Source: Gordius albopunctatus
Lineage: Eukaryota
Reading direction: 5' to 3'
Assembly: GCA_964276515.1 (NCBI GenBank)
Contig: OZ193910.1
Coordinates: 744,001-808,000, forward strand
DNA: 64,000 bases
The translations under genes were made by a program, and so were the position numbers. This document shows positions 46,901 to 60,700 of this stretch, in pieces (positions within the stretch are counted from its first letter, which is position 1; every line of letters begins with the position of its first letter). The notes beneath the pieces are model-generated. The model did not search any database. It was not told the origin of the DNA and was given only the letters and a program-made list of their open reading frames with translations.

Positions 46901-49900
46901 CTAAATTAAAAATTTTGTTGACATTTATTAAAATTATGGTTAAAATTTCAAAAAAACTAAATCATTATTGCCCCCTCTAATTCCAATGATGGATACGCCC
47001 ATGTAATTATATTGTTATAAAGACAATTAGTTTATGCGTTTACAATTTGTATTGTTCAATAGAAGAACCCTTCCGACAAAACGGAAATGATGAATATATA
47101 TAAATAATAAATTTTTATTGATAAAACGTGTAAAACAATAAACCTTAAAACGCGTCATTATATTTTAGCATGAATTCCACTTTGGAGTCACATTAATACG
47201 CCTTTTTTTAAATTTTATAATATTACTTAATGTTGTTAATTATCTTCGAAAATTCTTTTAACGTTGAATTTTGGTGTTAAAAAATCTTATACAGGTTAAG
47301 TTCAATATACTTAAAAATAATAATTTAAAAATTCATGGGCGTAGCCAAGATTGAGTTTTAGCGAGGGGCAAAAGGACAATAATTTTAAATTTTAGCCATA
47401 ATTTGATGAGAAAATTTTTGAATTCCGATCCCACCCTCTGGCTACTTCCGTGTAGTAATTTGAAGGATCTACTCAAACTCACGATCCATATGAAATTTGC
47501 ATAGCAAATAATAATATTATTAATGGCAAAGGTAGAGTTGTTAAATTGCTAACTTTCTTCAAACTCCAGACGCGAGCACGCACACTGAATGGCTTAATAT
47601 GCGCGTTAGCACAATATGTGCTCGTTGTTTGGTGCACTAGGCGGAGCAGTAGCATATAAAAATGCTCGAGGGCCGAGCAGAAACTCGAGCAGATGGGAGC
47701 TGGAGTTGAAGAAAGTTAGCAATTTAACAACTCTAGGCAAAGGCTAACGCCAGTGTTCAAGCTATTGAAAGGAGGGTATTTAATAGGGGAGAATAGGGAG
47801 ATCTATGGGTTAAGGATAAAGGATATCGTTTTGTGAAGTAGACATTTTTAGGAGTCGGGTAGTAACAATAGTACAGTAATAAAATTGAAAAAACGTACTT
47901 TATTAATGGAATAATAAAAAAGGCTTGCGACGAAATGAGCAGCGATTACGACCGCCCATCACAAAATGTCACATGTATCGTAAGTATGTCTCAAAAAATT
48001 TACAGGTGCTAAATTGTTCCATTGGTCAGTACCAAGAGACGGTCTATTAATACATAAGAGTCAAAAAAAAAACTAAAAAAAAATTTGATTCTCAATTTGG
48101 CCAATGGTCATTTTTTCATTGGTCAGCAGCCAGCGGACGGCCAAAAAGTCATAACAATATATTAATTTAAAAAAATCAAAAAAATCTAGCCTCCCCGGAT
48201 TCGAACCACTATCAGTAGAAGCATAGGCCTTTGTAGGGGGGGGGGCGCAGCAGGATGGCTTATTCCCTCGACGAAAGAGCGTGACAAGACATTGGAAGAT
48301 GGAAAGTGAGCCCATAAATTGCATAGCAATTAAAATTATAAATCACATTTATAGCATATTTTTAATTTAATCGAATAAACAATTCGTTAGAAATGTTAAT
48401 GAACAAAATTTTTTATTTTCCTAATCTTATTCAACATTGTTTTACTATTTAAAAGGGGAATGCCGAACCCATACTTATATCTGGTATTTTTTTAATTGCT
48501 ATGCAATTTATGGGCTCACTTTTGCATTTTGTTTGTCACGCTCTTCGGTGTCTTGCACCGAATGTCTTGTCACGCTGTTTACTTTTATTATTAATTGCTA
48601 TTATTAATTTAACTAGATTTTGGGTTCGAATCCCGGTTTTTTTTTACTCTTATGATTGTTCTTGTTACTACCATTGATAATAAGACTTTTTGGCCGTCCG
48701 TTGGATGCTGACCGATGTAAAAATGACCATTGGCCAAAATGTAAATCCAAGTTTTTTTTTCGTTTTTTTTACCATTATAATTGTTCCTGTTACTACCATT
48801 GCTATTATGACTTTTTGGCCGTCCGCTGGCTGCTGACCGATGGAAAGATGACCATTGGCCAAAATGTGAATCTAAATTATTTTTTTTCGTTTTTTTGGCT
48901 AGCATTGACAATTACCCTATGCCCTCCCCTAGCAGAGCCTATGGCTCTACTGATATGGGTCCCTGTGCCCCCCCCCCTACAAAAGCCTATGCCTCTCCTG
49001 ATGTGGGTTCGAATCCCGGAGAGGCCAAATTTTATTTTATTTTTTTGTGTAAATTAATATATTGTTCTTGTTACTACCATTGATAATAAGACTTTTTGGC
49101 CCTCCGGTGGATGCTGACCGATGAAAAAATTACCATTGGCCAAAGGGTGAATCGCAATTTTTTTCTCGTTTTTTTACTATTATGATTGTTCCTGTTACTA
49201 CCATTGCTATTATGACTTTTTGGCCGTCCGCTGGCTGCTGACCGATGGAAAAAATGACCATTGGCCAAAATGTGAATCGAAATTAGTTTTTCCGTTTTTT
49301 TGACTCTTATGAATTTATATCCACTTTTACCGTGTCCTGGCTGCTGACCAATGGAAAATAATGACCATTGGCCAAACTGCGAATCAAAAATTTTTTTTCG
49401 TTTTTTTGACTCTTATGAATTTATATCCACTTTTACCGTGTCCTGGCTGCTGACCAATGGAAAAAAATGACCTTTGGCCAAAATGTAATTGAAAAAGTTT
49501 TAATTTAGCACCTGTAAATTTTTTGAGATAGCCTTACAATACCTGTGTCATTTTTAGGTGTACAGTCTAAAACATATTTTGAAGTCTAATGCCTCAGTTG
49601 ATTGAATGTGTGACTAGCTTCATTAGCTCGTAGTTTCGAATTAGCATTATATGGCAGCTGCCAACTCTAATAGTAAGCTAAAATTGAATTTGCTAAAAAG
49701 CAGGTTGAGTTTAAAATGAGCCTGGTCGATACCAGGGTTTATATAAATGCAATCTGCCAAATGCCCGGTTACTTACATCTCTCTCAACCAAGCAACCATG
49801 GCAACTCTAATGTGCCGTGCTAGTAACCGGGTTATTAAGCAGCATGGTGCTGGTTATGATATGGTAATGGGCGAGATGTATGCTACTACCATAGGTTATG

Positions 49901-52618
49901 GTAGTAGCATTTTGGCATATTAACAACACTACTGTGCACCTATAAAAGCCTATCCCCTCTACTGATGTGGGTTCGAATCCCGGCGAGGGCAAATGTTTTT
50001 ATTTTTTAAATTAAATTAATATATCGTTCTTGTTAATACCATTTAGCTTTTTAAATATTTGTATAAATTAATAATTTGCTAAATAATTGTGCATTTAATA
50101 CCCCCCTATAGGCACTCTCGCCCCTCCCCACCTTTATCGCCCATAAATTGCATAGCAAATATGCTACGTTTATACGGAGTATAGAGGAGTCGTCCCCCCT
50201 TCCCCTTCCCTACTCCCCCTTCCCACGAGGGCCGAAGCCCCGAGTTTTATTTTTCACAATCGATATTCTTACACCGTGATGCTAATAATACCACAAATGC
50301 TATCTTTTAATTTATATGGTAATTAAATGTAAACCGTCCACTATGCGAGCGGACAATTTAGCACATTATGCGTATGTATGTATACCGTTTTTCAGAGTCC
50401 TCCTATCGTAAGTTTTAATTTTAATAGCTCTTATATAAATACTAGTCATTTCTAAAAATTCTAAACCTTTTATATAAATGCACATATTTTACTAAAAATT
50501 TAAAAAGAGTAGATGTTAAATTTAGATAACAATTTAATCCGTTGGTTGGGTTTAGTTGGTTGATATTGTCCAAGAAAAACCCTATTTTCTGGTCCTAATA
50601 TCATAGTTGCGCCACCGAAATTATCGGTTTCCTGTCAATACAAATGTATGGGAAGAGAAAAAAATCCATCTCTCACCAGTGCTGTTTGAATAAATGAATG
50701 TTTATCAAGGGTTCTTTAATTACACATAAACAGCCCATAAATTATGGCTTAAGCCCCCCCTGAGTTTCTGTTTTGACCATGAGTGACATATCAATCTGAT
50801 TATATAATTCATAATCTTTATACTTTCCCTTATCTTGATCATACACATATATGATTTACCGTGGCGGCGTCTAAATCAAAAATAAAACTATCATGTATAA
50901 TAACAAAAAGTCATCTAAAATCTATTTAAGCAATATTTTTAATGAATATAAAATATCTAACTAATTATAACCGACTAGCCCAAGCCAGGCAGTTGTTGAA
51001 TATTAATAGTTGTTTTCCGGATCTCAGCGGTTAATCATGACTTAGTGATTTTCATAATGGGAGGGGGAATCAATAATAGTACTGTATTCCCAATATGAGT
51101 TTACGTAAAATATTTAATTCGATTAAGATGACATAATGAGAGAAAATTAAAATTGCATCATCATATTGATTGATTCGTGAAATTAACATGGATAATAAGG
51201 GGGAAACAATGACTTTCTTTATTTCAAATTTAATATTGACACACATGGAATAATTAAGAATAGCCGATAGATTTGTTGTTTCTTATGAATAAACAATTCA
51301 ATTATAAACTAGATACCTATTCTTCGTATTTTTTAAGGAGTGCTTTTAAATTAAAATGTAGCTGGAATTTAAAAATAGGAATTAAAAAAAGTATTATTTA
51401 TTAGCGTGTTTTTTGCATTTGTAGCTTTCTAATTATAAAAAGTAATGAAAACTATTTGTTGAATCATTGGCTTAGCCAGGTTTTGGATCAGGTAGGGGAC
51501 CTGGGGGCAAGATGTTTAAAAGTTCAATTAGGGCAAAACATGAAATTTTCAAATTTTTGAGGGTTTTTGCATTGAAATTTTTTTCCCGTCATTCAGGGGG
51601 GGGGCCTGCCTACGCCCATATGTTCAATTAAGGGTTATGTTATTAGAATGTTTTAATTTTTTATTCAAAGTATATATGCATTTTAAACTGTCTATGTATC
51701 ATCATGATGGACGTAGCTAAGGGGGGAAGGACGGTTGCTCTCCTCCTAATACAAAAATTTGGTGAAATTTATAAAAATTATGGCTAAAATTTCACAAATG
51801 ATCATTTTGCCCGTCCCTAAATCATTATTGCCCCCCCCCTCAAGTTTTAATGCTGGCTGCACCTATGTCGATCATCTAATCAATAATTTAAATTTTAATA
51901 TTAGAGATTATTTAAAACAAACTGCAGTAGCCTTATAAAATTGTGATTCTTAAATATTTTAATTTATAGTCCAAAATGGGATCCCCTGTGAATATGCAAA
52001 AGGGATCAATCCAAAAATCATATGAACCCCACCAAATATCTTATATATTAAGTTTTGATGGAAATGCCGTATCTATGAGCATGAATTAAATGATAAAATA
52101 AAGATCTGCAATTAAAAATTTAAAAAGATCCTAGCAAATTTAAAAAAAGAGTTAATCAAATATTTAATGTGATTTTACCTTTCAACACTCAAGGGTACCA
52201 TAGCCAAGTTCGAAGCGAAAACTAAACTTACGCCCACATAAAGTAATACTTTACAAGATAAAAGGTTGGAAAGAGTTGTTGATGCTTTATTAATATTTCC
52301 ATCACTTTGTGAACTTTGCATTGCAGCAGCAGACACGTTTCGAGATGTGTCCGGCCATGGGTCCTCAAATGTCGATGTAGCGAAAAAGACGAAATCAAGG
52401 GTACCCAAATTTTCGATCCAAGTTTGAAAGAGGGTACAAGTAGCTAATGATAAATCGACTAAACAAAGACTTGCCAAGTAATAATTGATAACGGTCCTCA
52501 GTGATTTCCTTAATGCCAAGTTTATCAAAATGGCGGAATTAAGACCTATGCCAAATATAATCATGGCCATAGTGTAATATGTCTTCCACACGTGACCACC
52601 AGAAACTAGGGCTAGCAT
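43921..52618 (-). CDS. Class A (rhodopsin-like) GPCR, orphan or peptide-receptor-like, ~862 aa with a very long third intracellular loop
   Basis: Exons 52618-52179 and 46069-43921; the phase-2 intron (~6.1 kb) splits the Arg of SVER|YVAIAYP (GAAAG|gtaaaa...ttcag|GTAT). TM1 GIGLNSAIL, LRTVINYYLASLCLVDL, CKV before TM3, ECL2 Cys, TM5 FALPLII, TM6 ILTSLPYCV, TM7 LNAIVDPIVII, helix 8 RSIRRSL. Confidence 0.9.
47533..47735. mobile_element. hAT-type MITE family F, copy 2
   Basis: Same TIRs and body as 17042-17243; perfect 8-bp TSD GGCAAAGG. Confidence 0.92.
47975..48335 (-). mobile_element. Inverted, truncated copy of the HINE/DINE-1-like element
   Basis: The reverse complement carries the 5' subTIR (48329-48310), one B-box cassette, one repeat unit and AATTTAGCACCTGTAAATTTTTTGAGA, which also occurs at ~49502. 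Confidence 0.75.
48490..50248 (+). mobile_element. HINE/DINE-1-like element, copy 2 (in the GPCR intron)
   Basis: Perfect subTIR pair TTGCTATGCAATTTATGGGC (48496-48515) / GCCCATAAATTGCATAGCAA (50139-50158); 3' hairpin GGGCCGAAGCCC (50229-50240); about six ~120-bp internal repeats; extra segment ~49540-49935 absent from copy 1. Confidence 0.75.
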
Positions 52619-53781
52619 TGGAAAAAGATTTCAAAAATGTTGGATCCAATATGGATTTCAAGAAGTTTTTGAAGTGCTAATAATAATGTAAGCGGGCGTT
52701 ACTTTGTGAAAGAAACAAATTATCGTCTCCTAAACTAATTTGTAAGTAATTCAATAACCAGCTGGTCTATATGCATGATCAAATTCCATTTTCAAGACCC
52801 CCCCCTCTTCTTTGCCAGACACTTTTCACAACATCTTTGCAATAATATTTGCAGGGGGTTTTATATTGTGCTCTTTTCGTCGAACATTAATTGGCTACAA
52901 AGCTCAAAAGTTTTTTTGTTTGAGTCTCATATGTTGAAAAGTAGCAAGGATTTAACTTTGTTTGTAATGAAAGAACGAGAAGAACGAGGATTATGAGTTA
53001 TTTGGAATGAATCCCTTTGTTACACATGTAATTCTGGTAAAGGAATAATGAGAAGAGTAATGCATTAAATTGCTTGCATTATCGCATATTCTTAGATCAC
53101 TGTGACACGTTTTACGGGCGACAATATTAAAAGTGATACAAAATCTAAATACATATTCGATACATGATGTATCGATTTTCGTTAGGAGATGCAATAAATT
53201 ATAAAAAATATTGTTTTCTTAATTGCTATGCAATAAATAAGTATTTATGCCGCCTAAATTAAGAAAAAAAAAACGTTTGTCCAATTAATAGCTGAAGTAT
53301 TAACACGATCGAAAAGTCTAATGCCATCCATATTCCAAGCAATCAATAAAAGCTTTGCTTAATAAAATAATATTAAAAAGTAATGAATTATTAGTTAATA
53401 AAATATTTTGTTAAGTTCCACTAAGAGCAATAAAAATGATAGATTATTATAGTTAAAATGAAAGCATTTACAATTGATTGTTAAAGTTAGTGAGCTAAAG
53501 AATTTTTATTGGGGAATAAACTGTGGGAAAAGGGAAGGATTTGATAGAAAACAACACTTAAATTACAATTAAAAGTTTTATCACCCACTTAATAAAGTCA
53601 AAAAGTACGTACATTAATTAAACTGATTCGATACTAACAATTTATAAACTCTGATGCCAAACATTTATAAAATGAATCACAATTCCAAAGTGATTTTTTA
53701 TATAAATTAATCTGACCGATAGCATCATATCAATTAAAAGCTTTAACATTAAATTAGTTTTATTTCAAATTTAGGTCTTAC

Positions 53782-56596
53782 TAGATACCTGCACGGGTGA
53801 CCCGATACCTCACCCCGAACCCACCTCGGGTTCGGGTCGAAAATATTAAAATAATTTTGGGTCGGGCCGGGAGTGATTTAACGTATCGGGTTAAAGGTTA
53901 TAAATCTTACATTAAAAAATACACGGGACATACCTTTTATTGCTATTAAGTAAAATATTTTAAAATTAATATCTAATTGTATAATTGAAGATCATACATT
54001 CAGTTAATTAAATTCCTTTTGTTTATTAAAATGTGATTTTTTTGATTTGGACGCTAATCAACAAAATAATATGAATTTTAAATTGTATTTAAATAGTGTA
54101 AAGCGGTATAATTTAAATACATAAATGTATATTATTCATAAAACGACATAAAAGAGGTTAAAATTATTAAATGGTTCATTGGGAAAAGGATAAATTTGAA
54201 ATTAATTGCGTCCCGATGTTTTAGATGTTATTAATAGGATCGCCTTTTGTGTCCAACTTGTAATTTTTAATCATTGCCGCGAAAACTTATACCGGGTTTT
54301 TAATGGGTGTCAACTTGTGTTTCAATTAAAGACTTTTATTTTGCTTTTGCAAATGAACTAGCTAATGAACGATGCTTGGCTCTAATTTTTTCGACCTCGT
54401 CCGTCCGAGCCAAATATCTATGATTGTTTATGGGCCCCTCGACTTACCTTTATATATAAATTTATTTTGTCAATTTGTCCATGTTGTCCTTTTTATATAA
54501 AAGATAATTGCGAAACTGGCTAAATGATTCCCCGCAAATTAATGCTGCCCGTTGCTCACTTTAACTTTATCTCATCCCAAACAAAGGCCAACATTCTTAT
54601 TTTTTGTGCCTGCAGGTTTTGGCATTTATGGCATCTTAACTTCAAATATACATTTCAAGTGGAAAAAGTAATTTATTTTACTTCAAAATAAATGATGACC
54701 CTTTCTCGGCGAAAGATCAACCATTTTGTCCTTTTTCCGGGTCACACTTGATTCTTAATTTCTCGCGCATTTTTGTTGGTGCGGGCGGCTAACTCCCTCT
54801 CTTAGCCCCTTTACCCTCACCCAGAGGTTTAATGATTCTTAAATGAATATAAAAATATAGCGGTAGGGGCAGATTACAGCCATGAGGGATGAGGTTCTTT
54901 GAGCTTAGCCAGAATTTGAATTAGGGGGGGGGACGGGTAAATAATATATAACGTATAATAATAGTACAGATGCGCTTGAATATTGCTTTTAATCCAAAAA
55001 AATGGGAATTTGAATGAATTTAGTTAATCATTATTTCATAAAATGTCGCTTTAACAATGCGGCGTCCCAACGAGAATTAAGGCATCGAAATTATACGATT
55101 CAACTTCAAGCGTCATATTTTTGTTTTGTCTAAATATGGGATATAAATGTCGTAAAATCAACAATTATAGTTTAGATTGTTTTAAATTTCAGCCATGATT
55201 CTAATTAATTTCAACAATTTTTTGGGTTAAGAGGGTCCCGCCTAGAGGTCTGCATGGGCCGAAATTTCAGGGTCAGGCCCGGCCCATACCAGCACAAATA
55301 TATATTTTTTACCCATACCCGCCCCGCAAAATAACAACAAAAAATGCGCCGCATCAGGCCCGCACGAGAAAAAAGCTTAAATGTTTTCAAAAAAAATATT
55401 TATATAGAAACAATTTTGCATGTATGAAAAAATTGTCATAGCATATAAAAACGATATTAATAAAAAAAATTATAATTCAATATTATTCTTCTTTGTTCTA
55501 TTAGGCGACTTGCCTTACTAAACGTGCGTTCACTTGTAGCGCTTGTGGCTGGAATTGCCAAAAACTGTACAGCTAACTTTGTCAAATTAGGTAGGATAAG
55601 TTTGTGTTCTTTCCACCGTGAAATAATATCAAGCTCATCATCTTCCGGTTTAAGATTTAATTTAACATAAGTATCAAATTCATTGCTCTCCTCAATCTGC
55701 TCTCTTTCATCGTCCTCCTGAACGGAGATATCCATATCGACTTCGCCAATAGCTAATTGCCTACATACCTGAGGAGCTGAATTGCTCATAGATGGACGAC
55801 TGATGCATGAAGAGCTAGGATCTTCTTGCATTAATTTATTTAAAGTTTGTGTTACCATGGTTTTAACAAGAATAGCAATGTTGATATTATAAGTTTGTAA
55901 TAAGAAGGAGAAGTGTAGCTAAAACTAATTAATTATAAAATAAAATTTTTTAATGAATTACCTTAAAGCTTAAAACAACGTCAATGAGATCTTGGAACAA
56001 ATATTAAGCAATCTAAGAATTTGAAAAGCGAGGGAAAAAATAAACAATTAAGTTAAAAACAAACACTACCTTCTATCCATTCAATTAATTTACTTAATTA
56101 ACGAAAAATATAATATTAAATTTTCCCTCAAAATAATACTGTTTAAATAGCAAATTTTTGTTAGAAAAAATAAATTTTTTATCAAGATAATAAATGCATT
56201 TTTTTGTGTCAATACTATAATGATAGTATAGAGTTTAATATATTTAAATTTTTTCACTTATCAAAGCCCAAGCCCGGCCCGCATTTTTTTTAGTGCTCAT
56301 TTTCAGGTCCGGCCCAGCCCGTGGGCCGGTCTTAGGCCTGCTGCCGGCCCGGCCCCTGCAGACCTCTAGTCCCGCCCCCACGCCCCGCCTTGGCGCAGTA
56401 AAAATGTGTGGTATCAATTAGTTTCATAAATCGCACATTTTACACAACGCAATTTTTGATAGCAAAATATGAAACGCGTTGAGGGATTGGTTAAAAAATT
56501 TAAAATAATTTATGGTTGGTTTAAGATGTTGAAATGTTTTCGGTTCGAGTTGAAATTTTAGGGTCGGGTTGAAAAAAGTGATTTTGCAGTTTTCTA
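53782..56596. mobile_element. Older hAT-like non-autonomous element hosting nested insertions
   Basis: Imperfect TIRs TAGATACCTGCA / TGCAGTTTTCTA; ACCCGA/TCGGGT subterminal motifs at both ends; the TSD matches only 5/8 (GGTCTTAC/GATTTGAC). Confidence 0.55.
55243..56368 (-). mobile_element. Internally deleted hAT element with C-terminal dimerisation-domain ORF (55457-55858)
   Basis: Perfect TIRs TAGAGGTCTGCA / TGCAGACCTCTA; perfect 8-bp TSD GTCCCGCC; GGCCC subterminal repeats; ORF DIISRWKEHKLILPNLTKLAVQFLAIPATSATSERTFSKASRLIEQRR. Confidence 0.93.
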
Positions 56597-57794
56597 GATT
56601 TGACCAAATCTCTTATTCATTCTCTTTTCCCTTTAAAGTTTGTGAATTATATCATGTTACTATGTTTAAATAAAATATAAATTCAGTTTTAGAATATCTA
56701 TAACATCTTTGTTGTTCCAGACAACTACATCTGTTAAAGGGTTTGGTTAAAGATCTGCAATTAACCGAATAATACTGGGCAGAATGAATTATTTAAATGG
56801 AGATATTTAAAATTTCTATATTTTTTTTATTAATTTCACCAGAGATGGATTTAGATTTTTCAAATACGCCTTTTTAATTTTCTGGTAATGTCTTGGGGCT
56901 AAGAACAGACTAAATTGCATTAAGTTATTCAATTTTCTATATTAATGGTAGAGGCAAATATCTCTTAGGCATGGCCTAATCTGTAAATTTATTTAGTAGT
57001 CATGAATAATGCTAAATATTTGAAAATGATTGTAAATTGTTGCAAGACAATTTGTGTCACAAATTTGTGACAAAAATAAACTGATCGACGACAAATGAGA
57101 TGACAGTTGTTAAGAACTTGTCTGTCAAAACTGCATTTAACTTAGAAAAATCATGCACCCTTAAGATGTATTATTAAAAAGTCAATACTATACGAAACTA
57201 TTTTAAAGAACTGCTACTACAAATTGCAAGACGATTGGTTGCCCTCTCTTAATAAATCCCTTTTAATTTATGCCTTTCAAATGTGACATACACTACACAA
57301 TATTTGAGATATATATATGTAAACACACAGAGTGCTCATGACACTTCTCTAAATAATAATGACAATCTAAAACGCTATTCCTTGTATCGTAGTTGATCTA
57401 TCTAAATGGTGTATGTGTGTGTGTGTGTAGAACGTGTGTAAATGATTGCAAAAAACATTGTTTTGTATACGAGAGTTAATCATCAAGGGGCAAGGATAAA
57501 AAATGAGGGGGAGGGGGGGGGCCAATAATTCACAAGCGCGACACAAGAGCCGATATAGGCCATTAAATCATCATAAGTAAAGGTGTGGAAACATTAAATT
57601 CAAGTAAAACCCTGACAGGCAGTAGCATGTGGGAGACATCAGTGACACATATAAAAAGTATGAGGGAATCATGATCATCGATAGGGTGTTGATAGTGGAC
57701 ATTGCTCTTTCTATACTCATTTATTATATCAGGTTATAAGTATGTAAGTACGTTTGGGTAGAGAAACGATAAGGTATTTTGGTGTAGTAGTCTT

Positions 57795-60700
57795 TCACTG
57801 CTGCATTTCTTCACTCATCTCGCTGGGTTTAATCATACCGGGGATATTGATGATAGTTTTCAACTTGTCTTGATGAGCCTTCTTGATGGCCGCCTCCTTT
57901 TCAGCTATGTACAAATCGCTATCGTCCGCCCCAGAAAATTCCTAAAACATTAAGCAAACACGCGCAATATGTTAGTGAATATAATACAATTGTGTATAAC
58001 CAAGGGCGTAGGCAGCATTGGGATTAAAGGGGGGGGGGACATTAATTATTTTTTTTAATTTTAGCCATAATTATAATAAATTTTAACAAATTTTGGATTT
58101 TTTTGGGAGGGGGGGGGGGGGCACTGGCTCCTTCCTGCCCCCTTAGGCTACGCCGATGTGTATGAGATAGCATTTATGTAGTATTATTAATTGCGAATCC
58201 TCATACCCGTATTTGAACGAGAAAATCTCTGAGGTGATCTTTGAAAGCCGGCAAATCGTGGTGCAAGTTGAAAAAGCCTTGTATGGTCACGTTGATTTGC
58301 GCACTATTATAGATACCGAGGGTCAAAATGCAATATTTTAAAATGCCCAAAAACTTTATAAAATTATAATAGCTCACTCGGACAGGTGAGGGAATGCGTT
58401 CTTTAGGAGTTTAGAAGTGAAATCTTTGATGTAATCGGGTGCAGACATAGCGGGATCGATGGGATTCAGAGGAACCTTGATCTTATTTTGCTCCAACAGG
58501 CTGAACATGTGGGCCAAGATGGTAGATTGAGTAGGCAAGTCTAAACACAACATTTTTACCATGATTAATCTAGAAATATTACGATTTTACGTTAAAACTA
58601 GTGCTGTAAAAAAGGTCGGGCTTTGGTTGAATTAAGACTAACGGTCGACTAAGAAAAATGGACCAAAAAATCTTGGGTCCGAATAGGTTTAGAGCAAATG
58701 AATGAATGTGCATACCTGCGGTGAGGGAAGTATCTGACACGACGGCGAAAAGATGTTCCAGGATGCTGGTAAAGTAGGTTTGGTAAAACAGCTGGGTCGT
58801 ATCGTTTTTCGATTGTTCCACGTTTTTGAGCAATGTAAACAAAATGTCCAAACCTGTGCAAAACGCAAGCGATTTTACGGGTAGAGTTTCAAAAAAGCGA
58901 TCAGCTGGTTAAATAAATGCTAGTGTCGCCGCTATCAGGGTAAAAACAGTGATTAGCTTAGAACAAAAAAGTAGTATGCTACACCCCTAAAATTGGATTA
59001 CGTCGATAATTTGAATTATTTTATAATCGAATAATAGTCTCGGCTTGAAGCTAAATTTAGCGCTCACTTCTTTTAGCCCCAAAGATAGTTTACATGGGTT
59101 AATATAAAGGCAGAGGCTAAGTTGTTGTAGCATAACTTAAAGCGACCTAAGTATGAGAATGTACCATTTAAACATTTTTTATTTTAGATATTTCAAAGTT
59201 TCCAATAAATTTTGTCTCTGATTTCAACTCAAAATCATATGGAACTTAAAAGGGGGAACGAGGATAAAGGGGTGAGGGAAGCTAGGAGGTAGTGCTGCAA
59301 AAAGTTTGATCGACATTTGGTTCAACTAGGAGTAACGGTCCACTCTGGTCTGCTTTCCAAATTTCGACTAAGCCTGCAAGCCAGGTCTTTTTACACCACC
59401 ACTACTACTACGACTTACTAGCTTCGGCCACGTTTCTCATGGTATGCTTGATGCCCCATATGATGGAATCGAAAACGAGTTTGAATTGGGGCGGGGGCAG
59501 AGTTAGCAAGGCCTCGGAGCAGTAGACGTTAACGGCTTGTAGGAATAGGTAAAAGCTGACCCTGTGCTCAGGGTAGTCTTCGAAGTTGGAACTGATCATG
59601 CTGAGAGTGGATTCAAAAATGGCGTCCAGAATGGGGAGTAGGTAATGGTTCACGTGGGCGCCCAGCTTATTGACCAGTGTGGTCAGGATAACCAAGACCT
59701 CGGGCTCTCGGACGTCTGGTAGGTTTTGCTTATAGTTCACGAGAATAGCTTCTAGCAGGGGAGATATAAAGTTGTCCAGCACCTAAAAGAGAAAACGCAC
59801 ACGACGGAACGGATTATGTCATAATAATACCATGCAATCGGAGACCAGATGAGCCCGACCCAGGCCGCTGTCTACGGGCCGAGCATCACAACAATGGTCA
59901 AACAATTTGAGCTCAATGAGATTTTTTTATGTAGTGTATTTTTTGTCTCACTTTAAGCATAGTATATACGAAAATAATAGTAAAAAGTCATCATTTCGGA
60001 CTTGGGAAGAGTTCGAGCGGGCAATTTAGCTTAAAAATTGAAGAGGGCCGGGTTAGGGGAAAAATTTGAAAAATTCTGACCTCTAATGGGCGTACACATG
60101 GTCTTAAATTTTAGAATTAAATAAAGAAAATCCCAAAGAACCTTTTTACATCAAGCAGAAAATCACAATGGAAAGCGTAAAATCCAAATGCATACATGAT
60201 GGATCTATATTATTTGGAAATAAACGTTTATTGTAAATTTTTATAACTATAATAATTGATAGAATTTAAAATATGTGGAAAATTGGGTGATTAAGCTTGG
60301 TATATAGAAATGAATTAATTACCAATTTGGGATCGTTCGACAAGCTAATCCAACAAGATATCAGTTTGAGAGTCTCCTTTTTAATGAGCCTCATGCCCTG
60401 CACCAGAGGTTGCTTTATCACTATCGCGCCATTCAGGCCTACGGCTTGGCTTATGTTGCTATTCATCACGTGATACAAATTCAACATGTCTAGGTATATC
60501 TTGGCCAACTAGTAGTAGCAACATGTGCAAAAGCGAATGTTAGAATATATATTTACATGGGCGGAGCCAGGATTTGATTCAGTCATCATTAAATATATCG
60601 AATATTAATGAATTTCGCGATTTAGAGGGGGTCAACCGCCCCTCCCGGACTATGCCCACGCACATGTACACATAATATATCTATCATCATCATCATCATT

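Noticed and set aside
48991..49027. Functional tRNA gene or hammerhead ribozyme in the B-box cassettes
   Set aside because: No D or anticodon arm, so it is not a tRNA gene. CTGATGT-stem-GGAG resembles but does not match the hammerhead core CUGANGA...GAAA.
48609..49268. Multiple short ORFs (also 7819-8037 and 48073-48324)
   Set aside because: They are translations of the tandem repeat in several frames and on both strands, with no protein-like features.
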